A DNA stretch of 62,741 nt, filler included. It is 8 parts of 8 records of this genome, joined end to end, with 100 filler letters (N's around TTAATTAATTAA, not from the genome) between each part and the next. Parts side by side here need not be neighbours in the genome. Positions count along the whole stretch, not along the records: positions 41,306 to 49,649 come from SRR31147125_10291; positions 49,750 to 56,822 come from SRR31147125_10323; 6 more parts are not named here. The stretch is one strand, 5' to 3'. Below the pieces are notes generated by a model that saw nothing but the letters and a program-made list of their open reading frames with translations, ran no database searches and was not told the origin of the DNA. Below are positions 43,543-54,163 of the stretch, piece by piece. Numbering within the stretch: the stretch's first letter is position 1; each line of letters opens with the position of its first letter. The translations under genes and the position numbers were made by a program.

Positions 43543-43577
43543 GTTTAGCCTTCCATGGCATTATGCATCAGGTTAAA

Positions 43578-44033
43578 TTATTTTTGAGTCAACAATGGTT
43601 GTTTTAATAAATATCCACTATCAATTAATATTATTTGTTTTCCAATTTTCCGTGCCTCATTTATAATAACAGGTCCTCTCAAATTTACTGTCACTTGGGA
43701 AGTATTGGCATCTATTGTTACAATCGCAAGAATCTGTGCCTTACGGACATCGTCTAATCCAATTGTTTTTAATTCATCAATGGCTGGAAGAGGATTATAA
43801 TCTTTAAGGACCAAAAAAGGATCGATAACCGGAAAACAAAGTTTGTCGTGATCCACGCTTGTCAACCATCTAAAAGGTTCAAGCCCTTGTTTGGTAAAGA
43901 GTGTAAAATAATTTCTATTCTCAAATCCAACAAGTCCTTCAGGAAAGAGTATAACATCATCTTGTTCATAGCTCACTTCCCCTAGTATATTCGTTTGAAT
44001 TGTTCTTTTTTCCATAACGTCAGTACAATTCAT
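43578..44033 (-). CDS. fliW: Flagellar assembly factor FliW
   Basis: FPEGLVGFE, WLTSVD, VIDPF, TVNLRGPVIIN, GKQIIL; adjacent to csrA. Confidence 0.92.
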   Translation of the reverse strand: MNCTDVMEKRTIQTNILGEVSYEQDDVILFPEGLVGFENRNYFTLFTKQGLEPFRWLTSVDHDKLCFPVIDPFLVLKDYNPLPAIDELKTIGLDDVRKAQILAIVTIDANTSQVTVNLRGPVIINEARKIGKQIILIDSGYLLKQPLLTQK

Positions 44034-44077
44034 TAAAGCTTCCTTTCTAAAATAATATCTATGTTACTTATGGGGAT

Positions 44078-45169
44078 CTATCCCAGGTAATCTATCAGGC
44101 TGGTTTGAATTATACTGGAGCCAGCAGATAAAATGGCATTATAATTGATTTCTAATGCCTCATAGTCAACTGCTAATTCAGCAAAATCTGCATCTTCAGC
44201 TATAGACCGTTGTTCTTCCAACCTGATCTCCAGATCACTTAGAGATGCTTCAACATCTGTTAAATGATCATACTTTATGCCTGTGAGGGATGTATAGCGG
44301 ATTATCTGATCAGATATATTTTCCAGATCCGTATTCAGGGATCTAATACTATCAGTATCATTTTTTATCAAAGCACTTTCCAGATCGAGCAATGTTTGAA
44401 ACATGTTATTATCTTTAATGAAAGCATCTTCACCTGAAATATTGACTTGCATTGTATCATGTTCCATTATGTGCCGCTCAACATTGCCATCCATACCTTT
44501 GTCATTAACATCATACTTTTTAGTATAATATAATACCTGATAATTTGCCGGGGCCAACCCTGAAATAGTGCCCATTTTTCTGTCTACCTCAAAGTCTGTT
44601 CCTTCAGTATAGGTTGTCAATCCATCCTCTGAAAGAATAACAAGTTGATCATCAGAGAGATTCACATCAGGAAGTTGCAATGGTTCGCCTCCGATAGCAA
44701 ACAATGCACTATTTGGTGTACTTGATAATTGAAAAGGGGCACTATCCACTGCTGTTCCACCAAAAAGATACTGATCTGCAAAAGTCTGATTTGATGTATT
44801 AACAATGGATTCAAGAATAATATCAAGCTGATCAGCCAGTAATTTACGATCATCAGCACCAATAGTATCATTAGCCGCTTGCATAGCGATACTTTGAACT
44901 TGACTGATATTTTCAGAAATATCATTCAAGGCTAATTCAGTCGCAGAAAGCCAGTCTTTAGCATTATTAATATTTATTTGATATCTCTCAACATCTTTAA
45001 TCTCTTTTTCAAGCTGAATAACATTCTTTATATTCAGTGGATCATCTGACGGGGATTGTATACGCTTTCCCGAGGCGAGTTGATTTAATATTTCTAATCT
45101 TTCGGTACTGGTTTGATGTATATTTGTCAAGAACGCCTGTCTGGACATTGTCTCCGTAACCCGCATCAA
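44078..45169 (-). CDS. flgL: Flagellar hook-associated protein FlgL
   Basis: MRVT, LASGKRIQSPSDDP, YLFGG, SLIDYL. Confidence 0.93.
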   Translation of the reverse strand: MMRVTETMSRQAFLTNIHQTSTERLEILNQLASGKRIQSPSDDPLNIKNVIQLEKEIKDVERYQININNAKDWLSATELALNDISENISQVQSIAMQAANDTIGADDRKLLADQLDIILESIVNTSNQTFADQYLFGGTAVDSAPFQLSSTPNSALFAIGGEPLQLPDVNLSDDQLVILSEDGLTTYTEGTDFEVDRKMGTISGLAPANYQVLYYTKKYDVNDKGMDGNVERHIMEHDTMQVNISGEDAFIKDNNMFQTLLDLESALIKNDTDSIRSLNTDLENISDQIIRYTSLTGIKYDHLTDVEASLSDLEIRLEEQRSIAEDADFAELAVDYEALEINYNAILSAGSSIIQTSLIDYLG

Positions 45170-45213
45170 TCTATCTCCTTAAAAATAAAAGCACTCTCAA
45201 AAAACTTTTTCAA

Positions 45214-46671
45214 TTAAACCAAATTCAGAACAGTTTCAGCTAACTCGTCGGCAAGATTAACGAGTTTCGCAGAGGCCTGATATGCTTGTTGATACTTTAT
45301 CAGGTTGGTCATTTCTTCATCCAGAGATACTCCGGATACCGATTCACTAGTTGTTTTTAATTGCTGGACATACATCTCCTGTCCCTCGCGTTCAACAGTC
45401 GCATTAAGTGTGTCCTGCCCTACAGAAAATATTATATTAGCATAATAGTCTGTAAAAGACATCGTATCACTGAGTACAAGATTCTCATCCATTAATTGTT
45501 GAACAATGGTTTCCATTCCGGATGAAGCTAAAAGGTTGTTAGAATTATAAGAATTTCCTGGAATGAGTTTCATGTCAGAAAGTTGACTGATTTGCAGAGC
45601 TAAATCACCATTTGCCATATTTTCATCACTCGATGCAGCGACTTTTTGTTTATTTGATAATATTTCATTATTCACCCTGATATCCGCTGCTCCGCTAGTT
45701 GATGCGGTGAAAAAATTCGTATTCGTGCTGCCATCCAATCCAAATCCCTGACTGTGCAATTTATTTGTGCTTGCCGCGACTCCCACAGCCAATTGATCCA
45801 GTTGTTCCTGGTAAGAAGGGATTACCTCATCATAAAACTCAACCATAGCACCAATACTACCCCCTGACAGAATGAAATTGGAAGATCCTTGAGACCACTC
45901 GATTTGCGTTAAAGGACTGCCAACTCTGGGTTCAGAAATAGTAATAACATGTGATTTTTCAAGAAACACTTTAGAGTCAAGGCTTAGCATAACTTGTCCA
46001 CTCTGATTCTTGTTAACCTGGACATCAGCCAATAGACTCAAATCTGTCAATAAGGAATCTCTTTGATCTAATATTGAGGCGGATTGTACATTTTCTGCTT
46101 CTGCAGAGCCTAATAATACATTAATATCAGCCAGTTGTTGGGTAATAGAATTAAATTGCTCAATTTGATTTACATATTCCAGATAAATATCATTTGATAG
46201 ATTATTCAGTTGACTATTCATAGTATGAAATTTATTCGTTAGCATTTCGGCATTACTAACAACAAAATCCCGCATAGAGAGACTCGTCGGCTCATTAGCC
46301 AGATCTTGCCAGGAATCGTAAAATTTATTTAAAAAATCACCAAGCCCGGTTTCTGACGGTTCATTAAAAATACTTTCCAGGCGGGTGTAATTTGTTTCCA
46401 GGGTTTCCAAATTACTCATGTTTTGTTGTTCCGTTTGTAGTTGTGAGTCAACAAATTCATCCCTGATGCGCTCAATACTCGTAACACTTACACCTGTGCC
46501 TATATACATATTGTTTAATTTAAGAGGATCTACCGCGGTCATGACAACACGCTGGCGTGTATAGCCATCTGTATTCGCATTTGCAATATTATTGCTCGTA
46601 GTATTCAAAGCTTGTTGCTGAGCAAATAATGATCGCCTGGCGATTTCTAGTGTATTATGGATTCCTGACAT
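45214..46671 (-). CDS. flgK: Flagellar hook-associated protein FlgK
   Basis: NNIANANTDGYTRQ, GTGV, SGVSLDEEMTNLIKYQQAYQASAK. Confidence 0.95.
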   Translation of the reverse strand: MSGIHNTLEIARRSLFAQQQALNTTSNNIANANTDGYTRQRVVMTAVDPLKLNNMYIGTGVSVTSIERIRDEFVDSQLQTEQQNMSNLETLETNYTRLESIFNEPSETGLGDFLNKFYDSWQDLANEPTSLSMRDFVVSNAEMLTNKFHTMNSQLNNLSNDIYLEYVNQIEQFNSITQQLADINVLLGSAEAENVQSASILDQRDSLLTDLSLLADVQVNKNQSGQVMLSLDSKVFLEKSHVITISEPRVGSPLTQIEWSQGSSNFILSGGSIGAMVEFYDEVIPSYQEQLDQLAVGVAASTNKLHSQGFGLDGSTNTNFFTASTSGAADIRVNNEILSNKQKVAASSDENMANGDLALQISQLSDMKLIPGNSYNSNNLLASSGMETIVQQLMDENLVLSDTMSFTDYYANIIFSVGQDTLNATVEREGQEMYVQQLKTTSESVSGVSLDEEMTNLIKYQQAYQASAKLVNLADELAETVLNLV

Positions 46672-46686
46672 CGAGTGTCCCTACAG

Positions 46687-47235
46687 TTATGCTAATTTGA
46701 CAATGGTCGAAATTCTATTTGATTTTCCAACTTTGCCACTGCTCCCATAGGAATCATTTTTTTCTATTTCCTGACAAAGCAGATCGAGATTATTATTAAC
46801 AAAATTCAAAGATCGTTGTATCAAATAAACAGAGGTCTGATTTGAAAATTTAATATTGGCCAATACATCTATTAATTTTTCTCGTAATTCATTTAACCGA
46901 AACGAATAATCTCTTCTAACAAGAGGAATGATTTGCTTTAACGAATTCAATTCTTTACAATCACGAATATGGCAGGCTACCTCATGTAATTTCTCCTGCC
47001 TTTTTTGGGTCGCCTCTTCAGCTACTTCCACACTTTCATATGCACTTTTAGTCATTTCAATGAGACCACGAATATCTCTATCGATAATGGCTGTTTGCTG
47101 AGCTTTTAACTGGTTTAAATACGTTCTGTAAGCAAAAATTTCATCCTGCACTAAAATTATCAACTCCTCAATCCAGTCATTATCAATTGCCTCATCTATA
47201 TTTTCTAATATTAATGCCATGGGAATATTTTTCAC
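46687..47235 (-). CDS. flgN: FlgN-family flagellar export chaperone
   Basis: Helical protein immediately upstream of flgK; C-terminal YGSSGK pattern. Confidence 0.7.
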   Translation of the reverse strand: MKNIPMALILENIDEAIDNDWIEELIILVQDEIFAYRTYLNQLKAQQTAIIDRDIRGLIEMTKSAYESVEVAEEATQKRQEKLHEVACHIRDCKELNSLKQIIPLVRRDYSFRLNELREKLIDVLANIKFSNQTSVYLIQRSLNFVNNNLDLLCQEIEKNDSYGSSGKVGKSNRISTIVKLA

Positions 47236-48045
47236 TTAAATGGATTTTGAATTCTTTTTAAACTGATCTGCAAAACCGTCAGCATAGTTTAGTACTTTTT
47301 TTACGTAATCCTGGGTTTCTTTAAATGGCGGAATACCATTATATTTTTTTACATTACCAGGACCGGCATTATATGCGGCCAAAGCTAATTTTATATCTCC
47401 ATTAAAATCATCCAGCTGTTGTCGTAAATAACGTACACCCGCATGAATATTTTCATTAGGATCAAAAGAATTTTTAACACCCAGATCAGAAGCCGTTTCA
47501 TCCATAAGTTGCATAAGTCCTTTTGCGCCTGCCCTGGAAACAGCATTTGTATTACCTGCTGATTCCTGCGCGATGACACCATAAATGAGATGTGCAGGAC
47601 ATTGAAACTTGTTGACAGCCTCCTGTATAATAGAGTCGTAATCCTTTATTTTATTGAAGAGATTTTCTTGGTACCCGCCAGTGGATTTATTTACCATATT
47701 TTGTAATGAAATTCCCTGATTGCTGGGGGTTTGACTCGAAACTAATTGTAATCTCTCTGCAAGGCTTTTATACAAAACACTACCAACACCAAACCCGCCC
47801 CCTTCTGAAATCTTTTCTGACAAGTGTGTATCAAATAAGCCCTGATAAACATCTGAGCCAAAACCTTTTCCAAATAATCCGGATTCTGTTATTGAATTTC
47901 GCATGGATTTGAGTACCTTGGATACAAAAATCGACTCGAAATCTTTGCACGCTTTTTGTAATCGTTCGATCTCTTTTTTCTTTGTAGCATCACCGGATTG
48001 AGGATGCAGAGTATTAAAATTATTATCGATAGATTCGATACTCAT
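47236..48045 (-). CDS. flgJ: FlgJ rod-binding domain fused to SLT lytic transglycosylase
   Basis: LQKACKDFESIFV..VLKSMR...GFGVG (rod-binding); QESAGN..AVSRAGAKGLMQLM, ALAAYNAGPG, ETQDYV (SLT). Confidence 0.85.
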   Translation of the reverse strand: MSIESIDNNFNTLHPQSGDATKKKEIERLQKACKDFESIFVSKVLKSMRNSITESGLFGKGFGSDVYQGLFDTHLSEKISEGGGFGVGSVLYKSLAERLQLVSSQTPSNQGISLQNMVNKSTGGYQENLFNKIKDYDSIIQEAVNKFQCPAHLIYGVIAQESAGNTNAVSRAGAKGLMQLMDETASDLGVKNSFDPNENIHAGVRYLRQQLDDFNGDIKLALAAYNAGPGNVKKYNGIPPFKETQDYVKKVLNYADGFADQFKKNSKSI

Positions 48046-48084
48046 ATTCGACTTTATATTTTATTCTTTTATGACAGGTTAAGA

Positions 48085-49209
48085 TTACATAATTACAAGT
48101 TTTGCTTTTAATGAACCTGCACTTTTTAAAGCCTGAAAGATGGCAATAATATCTCTTGATGACACATTTAAGCTATTTAACATACTTGCTAAATCCTCCA
48201 CACTTGCCATATTTTGAAATACGGCCACATTTCCCCCACTATCCTCTGTCACTTCAGTGGTTGTTTGAGGCACAACCACTGTATTGCCACCTGAAAAGGC
48301 TGGTGGTTGGGATACATAAGGAACGGAATTCACTTTAATGGTTAAATTTCCATGGGCAACGGCAGCTGGTGTCAGTTGTACATTCTGGCCAACAACGACC
48401 GTTCCGGTTCTTTCATTTATAACAACACGTGCTTCCTGGTCAGCATCTATTTCCAGTGCTTCCAGTCGCGCCATCATCGAAACAGGGCCCTCAGAACCGG
48501 ACATCTGGACAGTTACGCTTCCGGCGTCATTTGCTTTTGCTGCTGAATTTCCAAATTCAGAATTAATTGCTTCGGCAATTCGAACTGCTGATGTGAAATC
48601 AGGGTCACGTAATAATAAATCAACCTCGCTGATTTCAGAAAAACCAATAGATAGATCTTTTTCGACGACTCCACCGTTTGGCACACGTCCTACCAGTGCA
48701 TAATTTTTCCGATAACGCTCTCCGCTCATTGTTTCAATATTGAATCCACCAATGCTCATTGGTCCTTGAGCGTGAGCATATAACTGGTTATTTTTACCAA
48801 TTAATGGGGTCATTAAAAGAGTTCCGCCCTCTAAACTGGATGCGTCCCCCAGAGAAGATACAACAACATCCACTTTGCTCCCTTGCCTTGCAAACGGGGA
48901 CACATTAGCTGTGACCATAACCGAAGCGACGTTGCGAAGAGCATAGTTATTATGTGGAACATTTATCCCGAATTTTACCATCATATTGCGTACAGCTTGA
49001 ATGGTCATGGATGAACGTCGGGAATCACCAGTTCCATCAAGCCCCACAACCAAACTATAACCTACAATTTGATGATCGTTTACACCTTTTATGTCAACGA
49101 GTTCTTTAATGCGTGTTGCAGCGTACATGTTATGAAACACGGTAAAAATTAAACAAAAGGCAAAAAGAAGCGAAACAGAAACTTTATTATTTAAATTTAG
49201 GCCATTCAT
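48085..49209 (-). CDS. flgI: Flagellar P-ring protein FlgI
   Basis: GYSLVVGLDGTGD, NVASVMVTA, SLEGGTLLMTPL, VVINERTGTVV. Confidence 0.96.
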   Translation of the reverse strand: MNGLNLNNKVSVSLLFAFCLIFTVFHNMYAATRIKELVDIKGVNDHQIVGYSLVVGLDGTGDSRRSSMTIQAVRNMMVKFGINVPHNNYALRNVASVMVTANVSPFARQGSKVDVVVSSLGDASSLEGGTLLMTPLIGKNNQLYAHAQGPMSIGGFNIETMSGERYRKNYALVGRVPNGGVVEKDLSIGFSEISEVDLLLRDPDFTSAVRIAEAINSEFGNSAAKANDAGSVTVQMSGSEGPVSMMARLEALEIDADQEARVVINERTGTVVVGQNVQLTPAAVAHGNLTIKVNSVPYVSQPPAFSGGNTVVVPQTTTEVTEDSGGNVAVFQNMASVEDLASMLNSLNVSSRDIIAIFQALKSAGSLKAKLVIM

Positions 49210-49257
49210 TCCGAATATAATCCATATCTCTTATAATCTGATTACCTGCTAATTATT

Positions 49258-49649
49258 TTAAAATATCCATCCAAGTATTCTGTCCAGCAAACCCGGTGAC
49301 TGTCCCTTATTAACTAAACCTTTTCCAAGATATTTTATTTTGGCATTGGCCACATTAAAGGAATAAATAGTATTATTGGAATTAATATCTTCCGGGCGAA
49401 TGATGCCTGTAATTAATGTTTTTTCAGTTTCCCCGTTTACAGCCATTTCACGTTCGCCACTGATTACAAAATTACCATTCTCTGTTACTTCGGTTATTGT
49501 AACCGTTATCTTTCCTTTCAGACTTCCGGTGCGGGATGTTTCAGCGTCATTGTCAAATCCATTTTCAATCTTGCCGCCAAGGCCGTATAATGGCATATAA
49601 CTACTTGATTTGCTCCCTCCGGTAGTAGAAATTCCATGATCACTTTTTT
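49258..49649 (-). CDS. flgH: Flagellar L-ring protein FlgH, 5'-truncated
   Basis: NGNFVISGERE, GIIRPEDINSNNTI, ANAKIKY, PGLLDRILGWIF. Confidence 0.9.
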
Positions 49650-49749
49650 NNNNNNNNNNNNNNNNNNNNNNNNNNNNNNNNNNNNNNNNNNNNTTAATTA
49701 ATTAANNNNNNNNNNNNNNNNNNNNNNNNNNNNNNNNNNNNNNNNNNNN

Positions 49750-50590
49750 AAGAGGATTTAATATACTGCTGATTGCATTTGTATTGAACATTGTAAGAGG
49801 TATAATACCGTATTATTTTTTAACAGAATTGCGTAATATTCCTCTTGAAGATTTAGGAAGATACTTCAGAATGGAGTTTTTAATATTCGAAGTAGATATT
49901 CTTACCTTTGCAGGAATTGCATACATGCTGATGGCGGTAATTTATCACTACATTAAAAAACCCATTTATTGGCTGACATTAGCTGTTATTATCGGGGTTT
50001 GCTCACCGATGCTATGGCAGATAGAAGTAAAGCAGCTCCCATTGCAGTATATTGTTAATGTTCTTTGGGGGAATGAATATTTGTCAACATTCCCGGTATT
50101 TCCTTGGCTTGCTTTTCCTCTTGTTGGCATGGTGATAGGCAGAAAGCTGATGCTCTATAAAGACCACAAAAAGGTGATTAACCGGTGGGGGTTTTATGCG
50201 ATTCCATTAATACTTATTGGTGGCACATTAGTTTTAATAAATACTGATTACTTTTATAATGCATACGGGAAAATGGGCATCGGTGCGATTGTAGCCATTC
50301 TAGGATTCTTCTTTTTTTGGCAGTGGCTAATAACAAAGGTATATGGCAAAGTAGGCAGTAAGATAAAGACAGGATTCCTTGCATTCCTAAGTAAATATGT
50401 AATGCAGGTATACTTTATTCATTGGGTGTTGTGCAAATGGGCAGTAGTAATATTTGGTATTGATTCACTAAATACCTTAGGTGTATTTGTGATGTTTATA
50501 GGCATTACTGCAATTACTATGCTATTAACTTGGGGTTATGCGAAGTTAAATGAGAAACCGAAAAGGCAGGAGTTAGGATTAATATCTTAA
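49750..50590 (+). CDS. Membrane acyltransferase-like protein (DUF1624/HGSNAT-like), 5'-truncated
   Basis: VDILTFAG, FPVFPWLAF, YFIHW motifs; polytopic. Confidence 0.65.
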
Positions 50591-50651
50591 TTATTTGTCA
50601 TAGATATTTTGTTTCCTTTAATACATATGAACTTTACGGGGTAATAATTGT

Positions 50652-50674
50652 ATGCATCTGCCTATGGCAGATGC
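50652..50674. terminator. Hairpin between convergent genes
   Basis: TGCATCTGCC-TAT-GGCAGATGCA perfect 10-bp stem. Confidence 0.5.
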
Positions 50675-50715
50675 AAATGTGTTGCTATAAAGTACACAGT
50701 ATAAATAAAACCTCT

Positions 50716-51528
50716 TTAAAAACTATACCCCATAATGGATAGATCCTGCTTTATTTTATCAATAACAGCTAAAGCGGCATCTCTGCCTATATCAATACAT
50801 TCCTTTGCTTGTTTGAAAGAAGCAGGATTGATATGCTTGACCATTGGAAGCATTGTGACATCTGCATCTGCAGTTCTTAGCTCCATTGCCTGCCACTCCA
50901 TCATGTCAAATACAGTAAAGAGAATATCAAAGATTGATTCAGGGGTAGGATTTGTACCTCCCCGCGCATTTACATCTACCGCGATTATATAGTCTGCGCC
51001 CATTTTTCGTACCTCGCGAACGGGAACCCGCTCTAACACTCCGCCATCAACATAGGTTTTATCATCATGAAAAACAGGCTCGAATATACCTGGGATAGCA
51101 ATGCTGCAGCGTATAGCAGAAGTTAGATTTCCTTTATTAAATGCAACAACATTATTATCTTCTATACAGCAGGCAACTGCTTTATATGGGATGCTCAAAT
51201 CCTCTATTTGTGTGTTACCGCATAAAGTGTATATTAGTTGTTCTATTTTTTTGCCTTTTATCATGCCCATTCTAGGGATCGTAATATCAATATAGCGTCG
51301 CTCTTCGCTTGGAGTTACGCTTTCTGCTAAGCCGCGCATAAATTTTGGTGTTCTGCCGGCCGCATATAGACCGCCAACTAAAGATCCCATACTTGTACCA
51401 GCTATCATATGGATAGGGATTTTATGTTCTTCTAAAACTTCTAAGGCACCAATATGGGCAAGCCCTCTTAGTGCTCCGCCGCTTAATGCTAATCCTATCT
51501 TTATATCATTCTTCATATTAGTACTCAA
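50716..51528 (-). CDS. Patatin-like phospholipase (YlbK-like)
   Basis: LSGGALRGLAHIG, GTSMG, VDGG. Confidence 0.92.
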   Translation of the reverse strand: MSTNMKNDIKIGLALSGGALRGLAHIGALEVLEEHKIPIHMIAGTSMGSLVGGLYAAGRTPKFMRGLAESVTPSEERRYIDITIPRMGMIKGKKIEQLIYTLCGNTQIEDLSIPYKAVACCIEDNNVVAFNKGNLTSAIRCSIAIPGIFEPVFHDDKTYVDGGVLERVPVREVRKMGADYIIAVDVNARGGTNPTPESIFDILFTVFDMMEWQAMELRTADADVTMLPMVKHINPASFKQAKECIDIGRDAALAVIDKIKQDLSIMGYSF

Positions 51529-51546
51529 CCTTTCATATATTAGACT

Positions 51547-52648
51547 ATGTTATTATTAGCAAAGAAACACACAAATACATTATACATTGTATTCTTAATG
51601 ATTTCCATAATTTATATGTTAATTCAGCCGGATATAGTTGTAAACTCTATAAAAGAAACTCTATCTACATTTGTCTTAACAGTATTGCCGACTTTGTTTC
51701 CATTTATTCTATGCTCACAGATGATATTAATGCTTAATGGAGCAAAGATAATTGGGTATCCTTTGATTATATTAACCAAGTTACTGAATTTAGATGCAGA
51801 CACATCGGGAGCATACGCTGCAAGTTTGATAGGAGGGTACCCAAGCGGAGCTGCCTCATTATCCTTGTTATACAGCAGAGGAAGGTTAAAATCCAATTAT
51901 TTAGTTAGTATGCTATTATGTTCTAACTGCAGATGAAATGTTTTTGATTGGCACTGTAGGCACACTATTATTAAATTCATATAGTGCAGGAATTGTGATT
52001 TTGGTATCACACATTTTAGGGGGCATAATAAGTGCTGCAATCTTTTCGACGATAAAAACGGGCAAAAGTGATAAGCATAGCCAAAAGAAAGTATCTGAGA
52101 AAATAGTAAGAGAGACAAATATATTTCAGATGCTAGATAGAAGCATATTAAATACATCTAAGATAATGGTAAAGATATTTGCTTTTATGGGGATTTTTAA
52201 GATAATAGGTGATGCGATTTTTAATAATTATCAGAGTTTAAACTCAACTACGATACCAGAAGTTTTATTTAGGGGAAGCCTTGAAGTAATGGACGGGTGT
52301 TTAAGTGCAGTGGGATTAGATTTCTATTTAGCGGCCACAGTTATATGTGCAATTGTGTCCTTCGGCGGATTGTCGGTGGTTTTTCAAAGCATAAGTGTGT
52401 CAAAGGAAATACCATATAGTAAGCCCATGTTTATACTGGGAAAGATGTGCCACGGAATAATATCTGGGCTTTTGTGCCTTACATTTATAAGGTTTATACC
52501 ATATAGCATAGATGCATATGCACAACAGAAAAAAGAGATTATAAATCTTCAGTATCCAATACCCAATATAATTCTTTTGTTAATTGCTGGGTGTGCTGTT
52601 TATATTATTATCCGTAATCTAATATGGACTAATTCAAAAAGTGTATAA
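51547..52648 (+). CDS. ylbJ: Sporulation integral membrane protein YlbJ-like; frameshift near 51930-51938
   Basis: VLPTLFPF, GGYPSGA, CSN..MFLIGTVG, GSLEV..G, SFGGLSVVFQ; divergent from the patatin gene as in ylbJ/ylbK. Confidence 0.75.
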
Positions 52649-52680
52649 AATGTTCAATTACCATATATTGAATTAAAAAA

Positions 52681-52835
52681 GATTCTGGTGCAAAAAAATC
52701 AAATACAGTGTAAAGCAAATAAGAATATGATATAATACTCCTAAAAGATGGTAGGAAAATTATGGTGCATGAAGAATAATCTGTTTAAGTGGAAGTATTA
52801 TAGTCAAGATATAATTCTTTTATGTGTAAGATTGA
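52681..52835 (+). mobile_element. IS6-family left-end remnant
   Basis: GATTCTGGTGCAAAAAA resembles the IS6 terminal repeat GGTTCTGGTGCAAA; from ATG 52769 it reads MKNNLFKWKYYSQDIILLCVR, the N-terminus of IS6 transposases. Confidence 0.7.
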
Positions 52836-52979
52836 AAACTCTTTGATTATGATTGTTGATGATGAAAGTAATTAACAGGCTTCTGCAATCTAAAAAGTAA
52901 AAATAACAGTTTATAAATTGATAAGAGCCAATATGTACAAAAAATTAGTATAATATCCAGTTTGAAAATGAGGGTTAAA

Positions 52980-54163
52980 ATGAAACTAATAATTTTATAT
53001 CTAAAAACACTTAAAAGATTTTTTCGGATTAACGTGATGGCATCAATCGTTCTATTTGTGTCAATTGCACTTGTTTTTATTTCCAGCATGTATTTCATTA
53101 ATGCATTTATGAGTTATAAATCGTCACTTAGCGAATACTATCGCATAAGAACGATCAAATGTAAATATAACGAGCAACAAAACCAACTGGACTTTTTAGA
53201 TTTTCCAGAAAAAATACTTGCTTTGGGAAAAGAAAATATTGAAAATATAGTTTTTAGATACAATGACGAGGAAATCAATAATAGCTTGGCAGCTTCTTTA
53301 TTTGGCTCACATGGCAATGAGGAAGAAGAATTGTATGCTTCTGTTTTTTTTGGTTTTTCTATTGTAAGTTATTATGACAACAGAGTATATGATGAATATA
53401 TAAAGATTGGAGAAAATATAAAGGATGTACATGTTGAGAAATCGGAATTCGTGATTGTATACAATAATAATATTGATATGCAAGCGGCTTACGATATTCA
53501 AAAGACGTATGGTATTACTGACGGTGGTAATATGCCCGAAGAATTAAATGTTGGAAATACTATAAATATTATGGGTAAAGAATACATAATCTTAGGAATA
53601 AGAAATAATTTTGCCTATTCTATGATACCTTATACAACGGGACTAGAAAACTTAAAACTAAGCAGGATAGATGTTGTTTATAACGAAGAAGCGATGGATG
53701 AAGAAAAGCAGCAACTATCAGATTTCATATCAACTGAATATTATGGACTTGATGTATCTGCTCCTCCGAAAATTAATGAGGAGCTATTTCGCAAGGAGCT
53801 TCCAGATTATTCTTGCTTGGTGTTACATGTTTTATGGGAATATTTTATTTACTTTACATATACAAATATATTATAAAAATCAATAGAAAGACTATAATAA
53901 TTAATCGAATGCTTGGATTGTCAACAAGTAAATCTACGCTAATGATTCTATTTCAGATATTTGTCATCAATACTGTAGTGTATATTGTTACTGCATTACT
54001 TCATAGATTCGCTTTAGTGAATATTTTTGATTTGTTAATACCCGATACAATTTTTTATATAATAATTTATTTATTTGTTATATTAATGTCATCAATCATA
54101 ATATATCCATTTGCCAAAAAGATAAGTGAAAAAATCAGCTCAGGAGGAATAGGTGAAAAATGA
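52980..54163 (+). CDS. FtsX/MacB-like ABC permease; probable frameshift near 53800-53820
   Basis: N-terminal TM, large extracellular domain, then C-terminal TMs with INRMLGLS in overlapping ORF 53813-54163. Confidence 0.65.
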
